Positions 24,181 to 38,800 of a stretch of DNA of 64,000 bases are shown in pieces. Source of the stretch: Eledone cirrhosa (lineage: Eukaryota); NCBI GenBank assembly GCA_964016885.1, contig OZ024745.1, forward strand, positions 4,278,001-4,342,000, in the 5' to 3' direction. A program made the position numbers and the translations under genes. The notes below the pieces were generated by a model. It was not told the DNA's origin. It saw nothing but the letters and a program-made list of their open reading frames with translations, and did no database searches. Numbering within the stretch: the stretch's first letter is position 1; each line of letters begins with the position of its first letter.

Positions 24181-27100
24181 GAATAAAGTGAGAGTGCAGT
24201 GAAATGGAATAAAGTGAGAGCGCAGTGAATCAGAATAAAGTGATAGTGCAGTGAACTGGAATAAAGTGAGAGTGCAGTGAATCAGAATAAAGTGAGAGTG
24301 CAGTGAACCAGAATAAAGTAAGAGTGCAGTGAACTAGAATAAAGTGAGAGTGCAGTGAACTGGAATAAAGTGAGAGTGCAGTGAACTGGAATAAAGTGAG
24401 AGTGCAGTGAACTGGAATAAAGTAAGAGTGCAGTGAACTAGAATAAAGTGAGAGTGCAGTGAACCAGAATAAAGTGAGAGTGCAGTGAACTGGAATAAAG
24501 TGAGAGTGCAGAGAACCAGAATAAAGTGAGAGTGCAGTGAACTGGAATAAAGTGAGAGTGCAGAGAACCAGAATAAAGTGAGAGTGCAGTGAACTGGAAT
24601 AAAGTGAGAGTGCAGTGAACTGGAATAAAGTGAGAGTGCAGTGAATCAGAATAAAGTGAGAGTGCAGTGAACTGGAATAAAGTGAGAGCGCAGTGAATCA
24701 GAATAAAGTGAGAGTGCAGCGAACTGGAATAAAGTGAGAGTGCAGTGAACTGGAATAAAGTGAGAGTGCAGTGAACTGGAATAAAGTGAGAGTGCAGTGA
24801 ACTGGAATAAAGTGAGAGTGCAGTGAACTGGAATAAAGTAAGAGTGCAGTGAACTAGAATAAAGTGAGAGTGCAGTGAACCAGCATAAAGTGAGAGTGCA
24901 GTGAACTGGAATAAAGTGAGAGTGCAGAGAACCAGAATGAAGTGAGAGTGCAGTGAACTGGAATAAAGTGAGAGTGCAGTGAATCAGAATAAAGTGAGAG
25001 TGCAGTGAACCAGAATAAAGTAAGAGTGCAGTGAACTGGAATAAAGTGAGAGTGCAGTGAACTGGAATAAAGTGAGAGTGCAGTGAACTGGAATAAAGTG
25101 AGAGTGCAGGGAACTGGAATAAAGTGAGAGTGCAGTGAACTGGAATAAAGTGAGGGTGCAGTGAACTGGAATAAAGTGAGAGTGCAGTGAACCAGAATAA
25201 AGTAAGAGTGCAGTGAACTGGAATAAAGTGAGAGCGCAGTGAATCAGAATAAAGTGAGAGTGCAGTGAACCAGAATAAAGTGAGAGTGCAGTGAACTGGA
25301 ATAAAGTGAGAGTGCAGTGAACCAGAATAAAGTGAGAGTGCAGTGAACTGGAATAAAGTGAGAGCGCAGTGAATCAGAATAAAGTGAGAGTGCAGTGAAC
25401 TGGAATAAAGTGAGAGTGTAGTGAATCAGAATAAAGTGAGAGCGCAGTGAACCAGAATAAAGTAAGAGTGCAGTGAACTGGAATAAAGTGAGAGTGCAGT
25501 GAACTGGAATAAAGTGAGAGTGCAGTGAACTGGAATAAAGTGAGAGTGCAGTGAACCAGAATAAAGTGAGAGTGCAGTGAACCAGAATAAAATGAGAGTG
25601 CAGTGAACTGGAATAAAGTGAGAGTGCAGTGAACTGGAATAAAGTGAGAGTGCAGTGAACTGGAATAAAGTGAGAGTGCAGTGAACTGGAATAAAGTGAG
25701 AGTGCAGTGAACCAGAATAAAGTGAGAGTGCAGTGAACTGGAATAATGTGAGAGTGCAGTGAACTGGAATAAAGTGAGAGTGCAGTGAACCAGAATAAAG
25801 TGAGAGTGCAGTGAACTGGAATAAAGTGAGAGTGCAGTGAATCAGAATAAAGTGAGAGTGCAGTGAACCAGAATAAAGTAAGGGTGCAGTGAACTGGAAT
25901 AAAGTGAGAGTGCAGTGAACTGGAATAAAGTGAAAGTGCAGTGAACTGGAATAAAGTGAGAGTGCAGTGAACTGGAATAAAGTAAGAGTGTAGTGAACTA
26001 GAATAAAGTGAGAGTGCAGTGAACTGGAATAAAGTGAGAGTGCAGTGAACCAGAATAAAGTGAGAGTACAGTGAACTGGAATAAAGTGAGAGTGCAGAGA
26101 ACCAGAATAAAGTGAGAGTGCAGTGAACTGGAATAAAGTGAGAGTGCAGTGAACCAGAATAAAGTAAGAGTGCAGTGAACTGGAATAAAGTGAGAGTGCA
26201 GTGAACTGGAATAAAGTGAGAGTGCAGTGCACCAGAATAAAGTGAGAGTGCAGTGAACTGGAATAAAGTGAGAGTGCAGTGAATCAGAATAAAGTGAGAG
26301 TGCAGTGAACCAGAATAAAGTAAGAGTGCAGTGAACTGTAATAAAGTGAGAGCGCAGTGAATCAGAATAAAGTGAGAGTGCAGTGAACCAGAATAAAGTG
26401 AGAGTGCAGTGAACTGGAATAAAGTGAGAGTGCAGTGAACTGGAATAAAGTGAGAGTGCAGTGAATCAGAATAAAGTGAGAGTGCAGTGAACCAGAATAA
26501 AGTAAGAGTGCAGTGAACTGGAATAAAGTGAGAGTGCAGTGAACTGGAATAAAGTGAGAGTGCAGTGAACTGGAATAAAGTGAGAGTGCAGTGAACCAGA
26601 ATAAAGTGAGAGTGCAGTGAACTGGTATAAAGTGAGAGTGCAGTGAACTGGAATAAAGTGAGAGTGCAGTGAACCAGAATAAAGTGAGAGTGCAGTGAAC
26701 TGGAATAAAGTTAGAGTGCAGTGAATCAGAATAAAGTGAGAGTGCAGTGAACCAGAATAAAGTGAGAGTGCAGTGAACTGGAATAAAGTGAGAGTGCAGT
26801 GAACTGGAATAAAGTGAGAGTGCAGTGAACTGGAATAAAGTGAGAGTGCAGAGAACCAGAATAAAGTGAGAGTGCAGTGAACTGGAATAAAGTGAGAGTG
26901 CAGTGAACTGGAATAAAGTGAGAGTGGAGTGAATCAGAATAAAGTGAGAGTACAGTGAACAGGAATAAAGTGAGAGCGCAGTGAATCAGAATAAAGTGAG
27001 AGTGCAGTGAACTGGAATAAAGTGAGAGTGCAGTGAATCAGAATAAAGTGAGAGTGCAGTGAACCAGAATAAAGTAAGAGTGCAGTGAACTGGAATAAAG

Positions 27101-30100
27101 TGAGAGTGCAGTGAACTGGAATAAAGTGAGAGTGCAGTGAATCAGAATAAAGTGAGAGTGCAGTGAACCAGAATAAAGTAAGAGTGCAGTGAACTGGAAT
27201 AAAGTGAGAGTGCAGTGAACTGGAATAAAGTGAGAGTGCAGTGAACTGGAATAAAGTGAGAGTGCAGTGAACTGGAATAAAGTGAGAGTGCAGTGAACCA
27301 GAATAAAGTGAGAGTGCAGTGAACTGGAATAAAGTGAGAGTGCAGTGAACCAGAATAAAGTGAGAGTGCAGTGAACTGGAATAAAGTGAGAGTGCAGTGA
27401 ACTGGAATAAAGTGAGAGTGCAGTGAACCAGAATAAAGTGAGAGTGCAGTGAACTGGAATAAAGTGAGAGCGCAGTGAATCAGAATAAAGTGAGAGTGCA
27501 GTGAACTGGAATAAAGTGAGAGTGCAGTGAATCAGAATAAAGTGAGAGCGCAGTGAACCAGAATAAAGTAAGAATGCAGTGAACTGGAATAAAGTGAGAG
27601 TGCAGTGAACTGGAATAAAGTGAGAGTGCAGTGAACTGGAATAAAGTGAGAGTGCAGTGAACCAGAATAAAGTGAGAGTGCAGTGAACCAGAATAAAGTG
27701 AGAGTGCAGTGAACTCGAATAAAGTGAGAGTGCAGTGAACTGGAATAAAGTGAGAGTGCAGTGAACTGGAATAAAGTGAGACTGCAGTGAACTGGAATAA
27801 AGTGAGAGTGCAGTGAACCAGAATAAAGTGAGAGTGCAGTGAACTGGAATAATGTGAGAGTGCAGTGAACTGGAATAAAGTGAGAGTGCAGTGAACCAGA
27901 ATAAAGTGAGAGTGCAGTGAACTGGAATAAAGTGAGAGCGCAGTGAATCAGAATAAAGTGAGAGTGCAGTGAACTGGAATAAAGTGAGAGTGCAGTGAAT
28001 CAGAATAAAGTGAGAGTGCAGTGAAGCAGAATAAAGTAAGAGTGCAGTGAACTGGAATAAAGTGAGAGTGCAGTGAACTGGAATAAAGTGAGAGTGCAGT
28101 GAACTGGAATAAAGTAAGAGTGCAGTGAACTAGAATAAAGTGAGAGTGCAGTGAACTGGAATAAAGTGAGCGTGCAGTGAACTGGAATAAAGTGAGAGTG
28201 CAGTGAACCAGAATAAAGTGAGAGTGCAGTGAACTGGAATAAAGTGAGAGTGCAGAGAACCAGAATAAAGTGAGAGTGCAGTGAACTGGAATAAAGTGAG
28301 AGTGCAGTGAACTGGAATAAAGTGAGAGTGCAGTGAATCAGAATAAAGTGAGAGTGCAGTGAACTGGAATAAAGTGAGAGCGCAGTGAATCAGAATAAAG
28401 TGAGAGTGCAGTGAACTGGAATAAAGTGAGAGTGCAGTGAATCAGAATAAAGTGAGAGTGCAGTGAACCAGAATAAAGTAAGAGTGCAGTGAACTGGAAT
28501 AAAGTGAGAGTGCAGTGAACTGGAATAAAGTGAGAGTGCAGTGAACTGGAATAAAGTGAGAGTGCAGGGAACTGGAATAAAGTGAGAGTGTAGTGAACTG
28601 GAATAAAGTGAGGGTGCAGTGAACTGGAATAAAGTGAGAGTGCAGTGAACCAGAATAAAGTAAGAGTGCAGTGAACTGGAATAAAGTGAGAGCGCAGTGA
28701 ATCAGAATAAAGTTAGAGTGCAGTGAACCAGAATAAAGTTAGAGTGCAGTGAACTGGAATAAAGTGAGAGTGCAGTGAACTGGAATAAAGTGAGAGTGCA
28801 GTGAATCAGAATAAAGTGAGAGTGCAGTGAACCAGAATAAAGTAAGAGTGCAGTGAACTGGAATAAAGTGAGAGTGCAGTGAACTGGAATAAAGTGAGAG
28901 TGCAGTGAACTGGAATAAAGTAAGAGCGCAGTGAACTGGAATAAAGTGAGAGTGCAGTGAACTGGAATAAAGTGAGAGTGCAGTGAACTGGAATAAAGTG
29001 AGAGTGCAGTGAACCAGAATAAAGTGAGAGTGCAGTGAACTGGAATAAAGTGAGAGCGCAGTGAACTGGAATAAAATGAGAGTGCAGTGAACTGGAATAA
29101 AGTAAGAGCGCAGTGAACCGAAATAAAGTGAGAGTGCAGTGAACCAGAATAAAGTGAGAGTGCAGTAAACTGGAATAAAGTGAGAGTGCAGTGAACCAGA
29201 ATAAAGTGAGAGTGCAGTGAACTGGAATAAAGTGAGAGTGCAGTGAACCAGAATAAAGTGAGAGTGCAGTGAACTGGAATAAAGTGAGAGTGCAGTGAAC
29301 CGGAATAAAGTGAGAGTGCAGTGAACTGGAATAAAGTGAGAGTGCAGTAAACCAGAATAAAGTGAGAGTGCAGTGAACTGGAATAAAGTGAGAGCGCAGT
29401 GAACCGGAATAAAGTGAGAGTGCAGTGAACTGTAATAAAGTGAGAGTGCAGTGAACTGGAATAAAGTGAGAGTGCAGTGAACCAGAATAAAGTGAGAGTG
29501 CAGTGAACTGGAATAAAGTGAGAGTGCAGTGAACTGGAATAAAGTGAGAGTGCAGTGAACCAGAATAAAGTGAGAGTGCAGTGAACTGGAATAAAGTGAG
29601 AGTGCAGTGAATCAGAATAAAGTGAGAGTGCAGTGAACCAGAATAAAGTGAGAGTGCAGTGAACTGGAATAAAGTGAGAGTGCAGTGAACTGGAATAAAG
29701 TGAGAGTGCAGTGAACTGGAATAAAGTGAGAGTGCAGTGAACCAGAATAAAGTCAGAGTGCAGTGAACTGGAATAAAGTCAGAGTGCAGTGAACTGGAAT
29801 AAAGTGAGAGTGCAGTGAACCAGAATAAAGTGAGAGTGCAGTGAACCAGAATAAAGTGAGAGTGTAGTGAACTGGAATAAAGTGAGAGTGCAGTGAACCA
29901 GAATAAAGTGAGAGTGCAGTGAACTGGAATAAAGTGAGAGTGCAGTGAATCAGAATAAAGTGAGAGTGCAGTGAACCAGAATAAAGTGAGAGTGCAGTGA
30001 ACTGGAATAAAGTGAGAGTGCAGTGAACTGGAATAAAGTGAGAGTGCAGTGAACTGGAATAAAGTGAGAGTGCAGAGAACCAGAATAAAGTGAGAGTGCA

Positions 30101-31148
30101 GTGAACTGGAATAAAGTGAGAGTGCAGTGAACCAGAATAAAGTGAGAGTGCAGTGAACTGGAATAAAGTGAGAGTGCAGTGAATCAGAATAAAGTGAGAG
30201 TGCAGTGAACCAGAATAAAGTAAGAGTGCAGTGAACTGGAATAAAGTGAGAGCGCAGTGAATCAGAATAAAGTGAGAGTGCAGTGAACCAGAATAAAGTG
30301 AGAGTGCAGTGAACTGGAATAAAGTGAGAGTGCAGTGAACTGGAATAAAGTGAGAGTGCAGTGAATCAGAATAAAGTGAGAGTGCAGTGAACCAGAATAA
30401 AGTAAGAGTGCAGTGAACTGGAATTAAGTGAGAGTGCAGTGAACTGGAATAAAGTGAGAGTGCAGTGAACTGGAATAAAGTGAGAGTGCAGTGAACTGGA
30501 ATAAAGTGAGAGTGCAGTGAACCAGAATAAAGTGAGAGTGCAGTGAACTGGAATAAAGTGAGAGTGCAGTGAACCAGAATAAAGTGAGATTGCAGTGAAC
30601 TGGAATAAAGTGAGAGTGCAGTGAACTGGAATAAAGTGAGAGTGCAGTGAACCAGAATAAAGTGAGAGTGCAGTGAACTGGAATAAAGTGAGAGCGCAGT
30701 GAATCAGAATAAAGTGAGAGTGCAGTGAACTGGAATAAAGTGAGAGTGCAGTGAATCAGAATAAAGTGAGAGCGCAGTGAACCAGAATAAAGTAAGAGTG
30801 CAGTGAACTGGAATAAAGTGAGAGTGCAGTGAACTGGAATAAAGTGAGAGTGCAGTGAACTGGAATAAAGTGAGAGTGCAGTGAACCAGAATAAAGTGAG
30901 AGTGCAGTGAACCAGAATAAAGTGAGAGTGCAGTGAACTGGAATAAAGTGAGAGTGCAGTGAACTGGAATAAAGTGAGAGTGCAGTGAACTGGAATAAAG
31001 TGAGAGTGCAGTGAACTGGAATAAAGTGAGAGTGCAGTGAACTGGAATAAAGTGAGAGTGCAGTGAACCAGAATAAAGTGAGAGTGCAGTGAACTGGAAT
31101 AATGTGAGAGTGCAGTGAACTGGAATAAAGTGAGAGTGCAGTGAACCA
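24181..31148 (+). repeat. HOR copy, sub-lineage II (268 monomers)
   Basis: Contains a block absent from sub-lineage I (GAAGCA ~28023, GAGCGTG ~28168, paired GTTAG units ~28710-28745). Bounded by GAAATG units at 24181 and 31149. Confidence 0.85.
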
Positions 31149-32812
31149 GAATAAAGTGAGAGTGCAGTGAAATGGAATAAAGTGAGAGCGCAGTGAATCA
31201 GAATAAAGTGATAGTGCAGTGAACTGGAATAAAGTGAGAGTGCAGTGAATCAGAATAAAGTGAGAGTGCAGTGAACCAGAATAAAGTAAGAGTGCAGTGA
31301 ACTAGAATAAAGTGAGAGTGCAGTGAACTGGAATAAAGTGAGAGTGCAGTGAACTGGAATAAAGTGAGAGTGCAGTGAACTGGAATAAAGTAAGAGTGCA
31401 GTGAACTAGAATAAAGTGAGAGTGCAGTGAACCAGAATAAAGTGAGAGTGCAGTGAACTGGAATAAAGTGAGAGTGCAGAGAACCAGAATAAAGTGAGAG
31501 TGCAGTGAACTGGAATAAAGTGAGAGTGCAGAGAACCAGAATAAAGTGAGAGTGCAGTGAACTGGAATAAAGTGAGAGTGCAGTGAACTGGAATAAAGTG
31601 AGAGTGCAGTGAATCAGAATAAAGTGAGAGTGCAGTGAACTGGAATAAAGTGAGAGTGCAGTGAATCAGAATAAAGTGAGAGCGCAGTGAACCAGAATAA
31701 AGTAAGAATGCAGTGAACTGGAATAAAGTGAGAGTGCAGTGAACTGGAATAAAGTGAGAGTGCAGTGAACTGGAATAAAGTGAGAGTGCAGTGAACCAGA
31801 ATAAAGTGAGAGTGCAGTGAACCAGAATAAAGTGAGAGTGCAGTGAACTCGAATAAAGTGAGAGTGCAGTGAACTGGAATAAAGTGAGAGTGCAGTGAAC
31901 TGGAATAAAGTGAGACTGCAGTGAACTGGAATAAAGTGAGAGTGCAGTGAACCAGAATAAAGTGAGAGTGCAGTGAACTGGAATAATGTGAGAGTGCAGT
32001 GAACTGGAATAAAGTGAGAGTGCAGTGAACCAGAATAAAGTAAGAGTGCAGTGAACTGGAATAAAGTGAGAGCGCAGTGAATCAGAATAAAGTGAGAGTG
32101 CAGTGAACCAGAATAAAGTGAGAGTGCAGTGAACTGGAATAAAGTGAGAGTGCAGTGAACTGGAATAAAGTGAGAGTGCAGTGAATCAGAATAAAGTGAG
32201 AGTGCAGTGAACCAGAATAAAGTAAGAGTGCAGTGAACTGGAATTAAGTGAGAGTGCAGTGAACTGGAATAAAGTGAGAGTGCAGTGAACTGGAATAAAG
32301 TGAGAGTGCAGTGAACTGGAATAAAGTGAGAGTGCAGTGAACCAGAATAAAGTGAGAGTGCAGTGAACTGGAATAAAGTGCGAATGCGGTGAACCAGAAT
32401 AAAGTGAGATCGCAGTGAACTGGAATAAAGTGAGAGTGCAGTGAACTGGAATAAAGTGAGAGTGCAGTGAACCAGAATAAAGTGAGAGTGCAGTGAACTG
32501 GAATAAAGTGAGAGCGCAGTGAATCAGAATAAAGTGAGAGTGCAGTGAACTGGAATAAAGTGAGAGTGCAGTGAATCAGAATAAAGTGAGAGCGCAGTGA
32601 ACCAGAATAAAGTAAGAGTGCAGTGAACTGGAATAAAGTGAGAGTGCAGTGAACTGGAATAAAGTGAGAGTGCAGTGAACTGGAATAAAGTGAGAGTGCA
32701 GTGAACCAGAATAAAGTGAGAGTGCAGTGAACCAGAATAAAGTGAGAGTGCAGTGAACTGGAATAAAGTGAGAGTGCAGTGAACTGGAATAAAGTGAGAG
32801 TGCAGTGAACTG

Positions 32813-35800
32813 GAATAAAGTGAGAGTGCAGTGAAATGGAATAAAGTGAGAGCGCAGTGAATCAGAATAAAGTGATAGTGCAGTGAACTGGAATAAAGTG
32901 AGAGTGCAGTGAATCAGAATAAAGTGAGAGTGCAGTGAACCAGAATAAAGTAAGAGTGCAGTGAACTAGAATAAAGTGAGAGTGCAGTGAACTGGAATAA
33001 AGTGAGAGTGCAGTGAACTGGAATAAAGTGAGAGTGCAGTGAACTGGAATAAAGTAAGAGTGCAGTGAACTAGAATAAAGTGAGAGTGCAGTGAACCAGA
33101 ATAAAGTGAGAGTGCAGTGAACTGGAATAAAGTGAGAGTGCAGAGAACCAGAATAAAGTGAGAGTGCAGTGAACTGGAATAAAGTGAGAGTGCAGAGAAC
33201 CAGAATAAAGTGAGAGTGCAGTGAACTGGAATAAAGTGAGAGTGCAGTGAACTGGAATAAAGTGAGAGTGCAGTGAATCAGAATAAAGTGAGAGTGCAGT
33301 GAACTGGAATAAAGTGAGAGCGCAGTGAATCAGAATAAAGTGAGAGTGCAGCGAACTGGAATAAAGTGAGAGTGCAGTGAACTGGAATAAAGTGAGAGTG
33401 CAGTGAACTGGAATAAAGTGAGAGTGCAGTGAACTGGAATAAAGTGAGAGTGCAGTGAACTGGAATAAAGTAAGAGTGCAGTGAACTAGAATAAAGTGAG
33501 AGTGCAGTGAACCAGCATAAAGTGAGAGTGCAGTGAACTGGAATAAAGTGAGAGTGCAGAGAACCAGAATGAAGTGAGAGTGCAGTGAACTGGAATAAAG
33601 TGAGAGTGCAGTGAATCAGAATAAAGTGAGAGTGCAGTGAACCAGAATAAAGTAAGAGTGCAGTGAACTGGAATAAAGTGAGAGTGCAGTGAACTGGAAT
33701 AAAGTGAGAGTGCAGTGAACTGGAATAAAGTGAGAGTGCAGGGAACTGGAATAAAGTGAGAGTGCAGTGAACTGGAATAAAGTGAGGGTGCAGTGAACTG
33801 GAATAAAGTGAGAGTGCAGTGAACCAGAATAAAGTAAGAGTGCAGTGAACTGGAATAAAGTGAGAGCGCAGTGAATCAGAATAAAGTGAGAGTGCAGTGA
33901 ACCAGAATAAAGTGAGAGTGCAGTGAACTGGAATAAAGTGAGAGTGCAGTGAACCAGAATAAAGTGAGAGTGCAGTGAACTGGAATAAAGTGAGAGCGCA
34001 GTGAATCAGAATAAAGTGAGAGTGCAGTGAACTGGAATAAAGTGAGAGTGTAGTGAATCAGAATAAAGTGAGAGCGCAGTGAACCAGAATAAAGTAAGAG
34101 TGCAGTGAACTGGAATAAAGTGAGAGTGCAGTGAACTGGAATAAAGTGAGAGTGCAGTGAACTGGAATAAAGTGAGAGTGCAGTGAACCAGAATAAAGTG
34201 AGAGTGCAGTGAACCAGAATAAAATGAGAGTGCAGTGAACTGGAATAAAGTGAGAGTGCAGTGAACTGGAATAAAGTGAGAGTGCAGTGAACTGGAATAA
34301 AGTGAGAGTGCAGTGAACTGGAATAAAGTGAGAGTGCAGTGAACCAGAATAAAGTGAGAGTGCAGTGAACTGGAATAATGTGAGAGTGCAGTGAACTGGA
34401 ATAAAGTGAGAGTGCAGTGAACCAGAATAAAGTGAGAGTGCAGTGAACTGGAATAAAGTGAGAGTGCAGTGAATCAGAATAAAGTGAGAGTGCAGTGAAC
34501 CAGAATAAAGTAAGGGTGCAGTGAACTGGAATAAAGTGAGAGTGCAGTGAACTGGAATAAAGTGAAAGTGCAGTGAACTGGAATAAAGTGAGAGTGCAGT
34601 GAACTGGAATAAAGTAAGAGTGTAGTGAACTAGAATAAAGTGAGAGTGCAGTGAACTGGAATAAAGTGAGAGTGCAGTGAACCAGAATAAAGTGAGAGTA
34701 CAGTGAACTGGAATAAAGTGAGAGTGCAGAGAACCAGAATAAAGTGAGAGTGCAGTGAACTGGAATAAAGTGAGAGTGCAGTGAACCAGAATAAAGTAAG
34801 AGTGCAGTGAACTGGAATAAAGTGAGAGTGCAGTGAACTGGAATAAAGTGAGAGTGCAGTGCACCAGAATAAAGTGAGAGTGCAGTGAACTGGAATAAAG
34901 TGAGAGTGCAGTGAATCAGAATAAAGTGAGAGTGCAGTGAACCAGAATAAAGTAAGAGTGCAGTGAACTGTAATAAAGTGAGAGCGCAGTGAATCAGAAT
35001 AAAGTGAGAGTGCAGTGAACCAGAATAAAGTGAGAGTGCAGTGAACTGGAATAAAGTGAGAGTGCAGTGAACTGGAATAAAGTGAGAGTGCAGTGAATCA
35101 GAATAAAGTGAGAGTGCAGTGAACCAGAATAAAGTAAGAGTGCAGTGAACTGGAATAAAGTGAGAGTGCAGTGAACTGGAATAAAGTGAGAGTGCAGTGA
35201 ACTGGAATAAAGTGAGAGTGCAGTGAACCAGAATAAAGTGAGAGTGCAGTGAACTGGAATAAAGTGAGAGTGCAGTGAACTGGAATAAAGTGAGAGTGCA
35301 GTGAACCAGAATAAAGTGAGAGTGCAGTGAACTGGAATAAAGTTAGAGTGCAGTGAATCAGAATAAAGTGAGAGTGCAGTGAACCAGAATAAAGTGAGAG
35401 TGCAGTGAACTGGAATAAAGTGAGAGTGCAGTGAACTGGAATAAAGTGAGAGTGCAGTGAACTGGAATAAAGTGAGAGTGCAGAGAACCAGAATAAAGTG
35501 AGAGTGCAGTGAACTGGAATAAAGTGAGAGTGCAGTGAACTGGAATAAAGTGAGAGTGGAGTGAATCAGAATAAAGTGAGAGTACAGTGAACAGGAATAA
35601 AGTGAGAGCGCAGTGAATCAGAATAAAGTGAGAGTGCAGTGAACTGGAATAAAGTGAGAGTGCAGTGAATCAGAATAAAGTGAGAGTGCAGTGAACCAGA
35701 ATAAAGTAAGAGTGCAGTGAACTGGAATAAAGTGAGAGTGCAGTGAACTGGAATAAAGTGAGAGTGCAGTGAACCAGAATAAAGTGAGAGTGCAGTGAAC

Positions 35801-38800
35801 TGGAATAAAGTGAGAGTGCAGTGAATCAGAATAAAGTGAGAGTGCAGTGAACCAGAATAAAGTGAGAGTGCAGTGAACTGGAATAAAGTGAGAGTGCAGT
35901 GAACTGGAATAAAGTGAGAGTGCAGTGAATCAGAATAAAGTGAGAGTGCAGTGAACCAGAATAAAGTAAGAGTGCAGTGAACTGGAATAAAGTGAGAGTG
36001 CAGTGAACTGGAATAAAGTGAGAGTGCAGTGAACTGGAATAAAGTGAGAGTGCAGTGAACTGGAATAAAGTGAGAGTGCAGTGAACCAGAATAAAGTGAG
36101 AGTGCAGTGAACTGGAATAAAGTGAGAGTGCAGTGAACCAGAATAAAGTGAGAGTGCAGTGAACTGGAATAAAGTGAGAGTGCAGTGAACTGGAATAAAG
36201 TGAGAGTGCAGTGAACCAGAATAAAGTGAGAGTGCAGTGAACTGGAATAAAGTGAGAGCGCAGTGAATCAGAATAAAGTGAGAGTGCAGTGAACTGGAAT
36301 AAAGTGAGAGTGCAGTGAATCAGAATAAAGTGAGAGCGCAGTGAACCAGAATAAAGTAAGAATGCAGTGAACTGGAATAAAGTGAGAGTGCAGTGAACTG
36401 GAATAAAGTGAGAGTGCAGTGAACTGGAATAAAGTGAGAGTGCAGTGAACCAGAATAAAGTGAGAGTGCAGTGAACCAGAATAAAGTGAGAGTGCAGTGA
36501 ACTCGAATAAAGTGAGAGTGCAGTGAACTGGAATAAAGTGAGAGTGCAGTGAACTGGAATAAAGTGAGACTGCAGTGAACTGGAATAAAGTGAGAGTGCA
36601 GTGAACCAGAATAAAGTGAGAGTGCAGTGAACTGGAATAATGTGAGAGTGCAGTGAACTGGAATAAAGTGAGAGTGCAGTGAACCAGAATAAAGTGAGAG
36701 TGCAGTGAACTGGAATAAAGTGAGAGCGCAGTGAATCAGAATAAAGTGAGAGTGCAGTGAACTGGAATAAAGTGAGAGTGCAGTGAATCAGAATAAAGTG
36801 AGAGTGCAGTGAAGCAGAATAAAGTAAGAGTGCAGTGAACTGGAATAAAGTGAGAGTGCAGTGAACTGGAATAAAGTGAGAGTGCAGTGAACTGGAATAA
36901 AGTAAGAGTGCAGTGAACTAGAATAAAGTGAGAGTGCAGTGAACTGGAATAAAGTGAGCGTGCAGTGAACTGGAATAAAGTGAGAGTGCAGTGAACCAGA
37001 ATAAAGTGAGAGTGCAGTGAACTGGAATAAAGTGAGAGTGCAGAGAACCAGAATAAAGTGAGAGTGCAGTGAACTGGAATAAAGTGAGAGTGCAGTGAAC
37101 TGGAATAAAGTGAGAGTGCAGTGAATCAGAATAAAGTGAGAGTGCAGTGAACTGGAATAAAGTGAGAGCGCAGTGAATCAGAATAAAGTGAGAGTGCAGT
37201 GAACTGGAATAAAGTGAGAGTGCAGTGAATCAGAATAAAGTGAGAGTGCAGTGAACCAGAATAAAGTAAGAGTGCAGTGAACTGGAATAAAGTGAGAGTG
37301 CAGTGAACTGGAATAAAGTGAGAGTGCAGTGAACTGGAATAAAGTGAGAGTGCAGGGAACTGGAATAAAGTGAGAGTGTAGTGAACTGGAATAAAGTGAG
37401 GGTGCAGTGAACTGGAATAAAGTGAGAGTGCAGTGAACCAGAATAAAGTAAGAGTGCAGTGAACTGGAATAAAGTGAGAGCGCAGTGAATCAGAATAAAG
37501 TTAGAGTGCAGTGAACCAGAATAAAGTTAGAGTGCAGTGAACTGGAATAAAGTGAGAGTGCAGTGAACTGGAATAAAGTGAGAGTGCAGTGAATCAGAAT
37601 AAAGTGAGAGTGCAGTGAACCAGAATAAAGTAAGAGTGCAGTGAACTGGAATAAAGTGAGAGTGCAGTGAACTGGAATAAAGTGAGAGTGCAGTGAACTG
37701 GAATAAAGTAAGAGCGCAGTGAACTGGAATAAAGTGAGAGTGCAGTGAACTGGAATAAAGTGAGAGTGCAGTGAACTGGAATAAAGTGAGAGTGCAGTGA
37801 ACCAGAATAAAGTGAGAGTGCAGTGAACTGGAATAAAGTGAGAGCGCAGTGAACTGGAATAAAATGAGAGTGCAGTGAACTGGAATAAAGTAAGAGCGCA
37901 GTGAACTGAAATAAAGTGAGAGTGCAGTGAACCAGAATAAAGTGAGAGTGCAGTAAACTGGAATAAAGTGAGAGTGCAGTGAACCAGAATAAAGTGAGAG
38001 TGCAGTGAACTGGAATAAAGTGAGAGTGCAGTGAACCAGAATAAAGTGAGAGTGCAGTGAACTGGAATAAAGTGAGAGTGCAGTGAACCGGAATAAAGTG
38101 AGAGTGCAGTGAACTGGAATAAAGTGAGAGTGCAGTAAACCAGAATAAAGTGAGAGTGCAGTGAACTGGAATAAAGTGAGAGCGCAGTGAACCGGAATAA
38201 AGTGAGAGTGCAGTGAACTGTAATAAAGTGAGAGTGCAGTGAACTGGAATAAAGTGAGAGTGCAGTGAACCAGAATAAAGTGAGAGTGCAGTGAACTGGA
38301 ATAAAGTGAGAGTGCAGTGAACTGGAATAAAGTGAGAGTGCAGTGAACCAGAATAAAGTGAGAGTGCAGTGAACTGGAATAAAGTGAGAGTGCAGTGAAT
38401 CAGAATAAAGTGAGAGTGCAGTGAACCAGAATAAAGTGAGAGTGCAGTGAACTGGAATAAAGTGAGAGTGCAGTGAACTGGAATAAAGTGAGAGTGCAGT
38501 GAACTGGAATAAAGTGAGAGTGCAGTGAACCAGAATAAAGTCAGAGTGCAGTGAACTGGAATAAAGTCAGAGTGCAGTGAACTGGAATAAAGTGAGAGTG
38601 CAGTGAACCAGAATAAAGTGAGAGTGCAGTGAACCAGAATAAAGTGAGAGTGTAGTGAACTGGAATAAAGTGAGAGTGCAGTGAACCAGAATAAAGTGAG
38701 AGTGCAGTGAACTGGAATAAAGTGAGAGTGCAGTGAATCAGAATAAAGTGAGAGTGCAGTGAACCAGAATAAAGTGAGAGTGCAGTGAACTGGAATAAAG

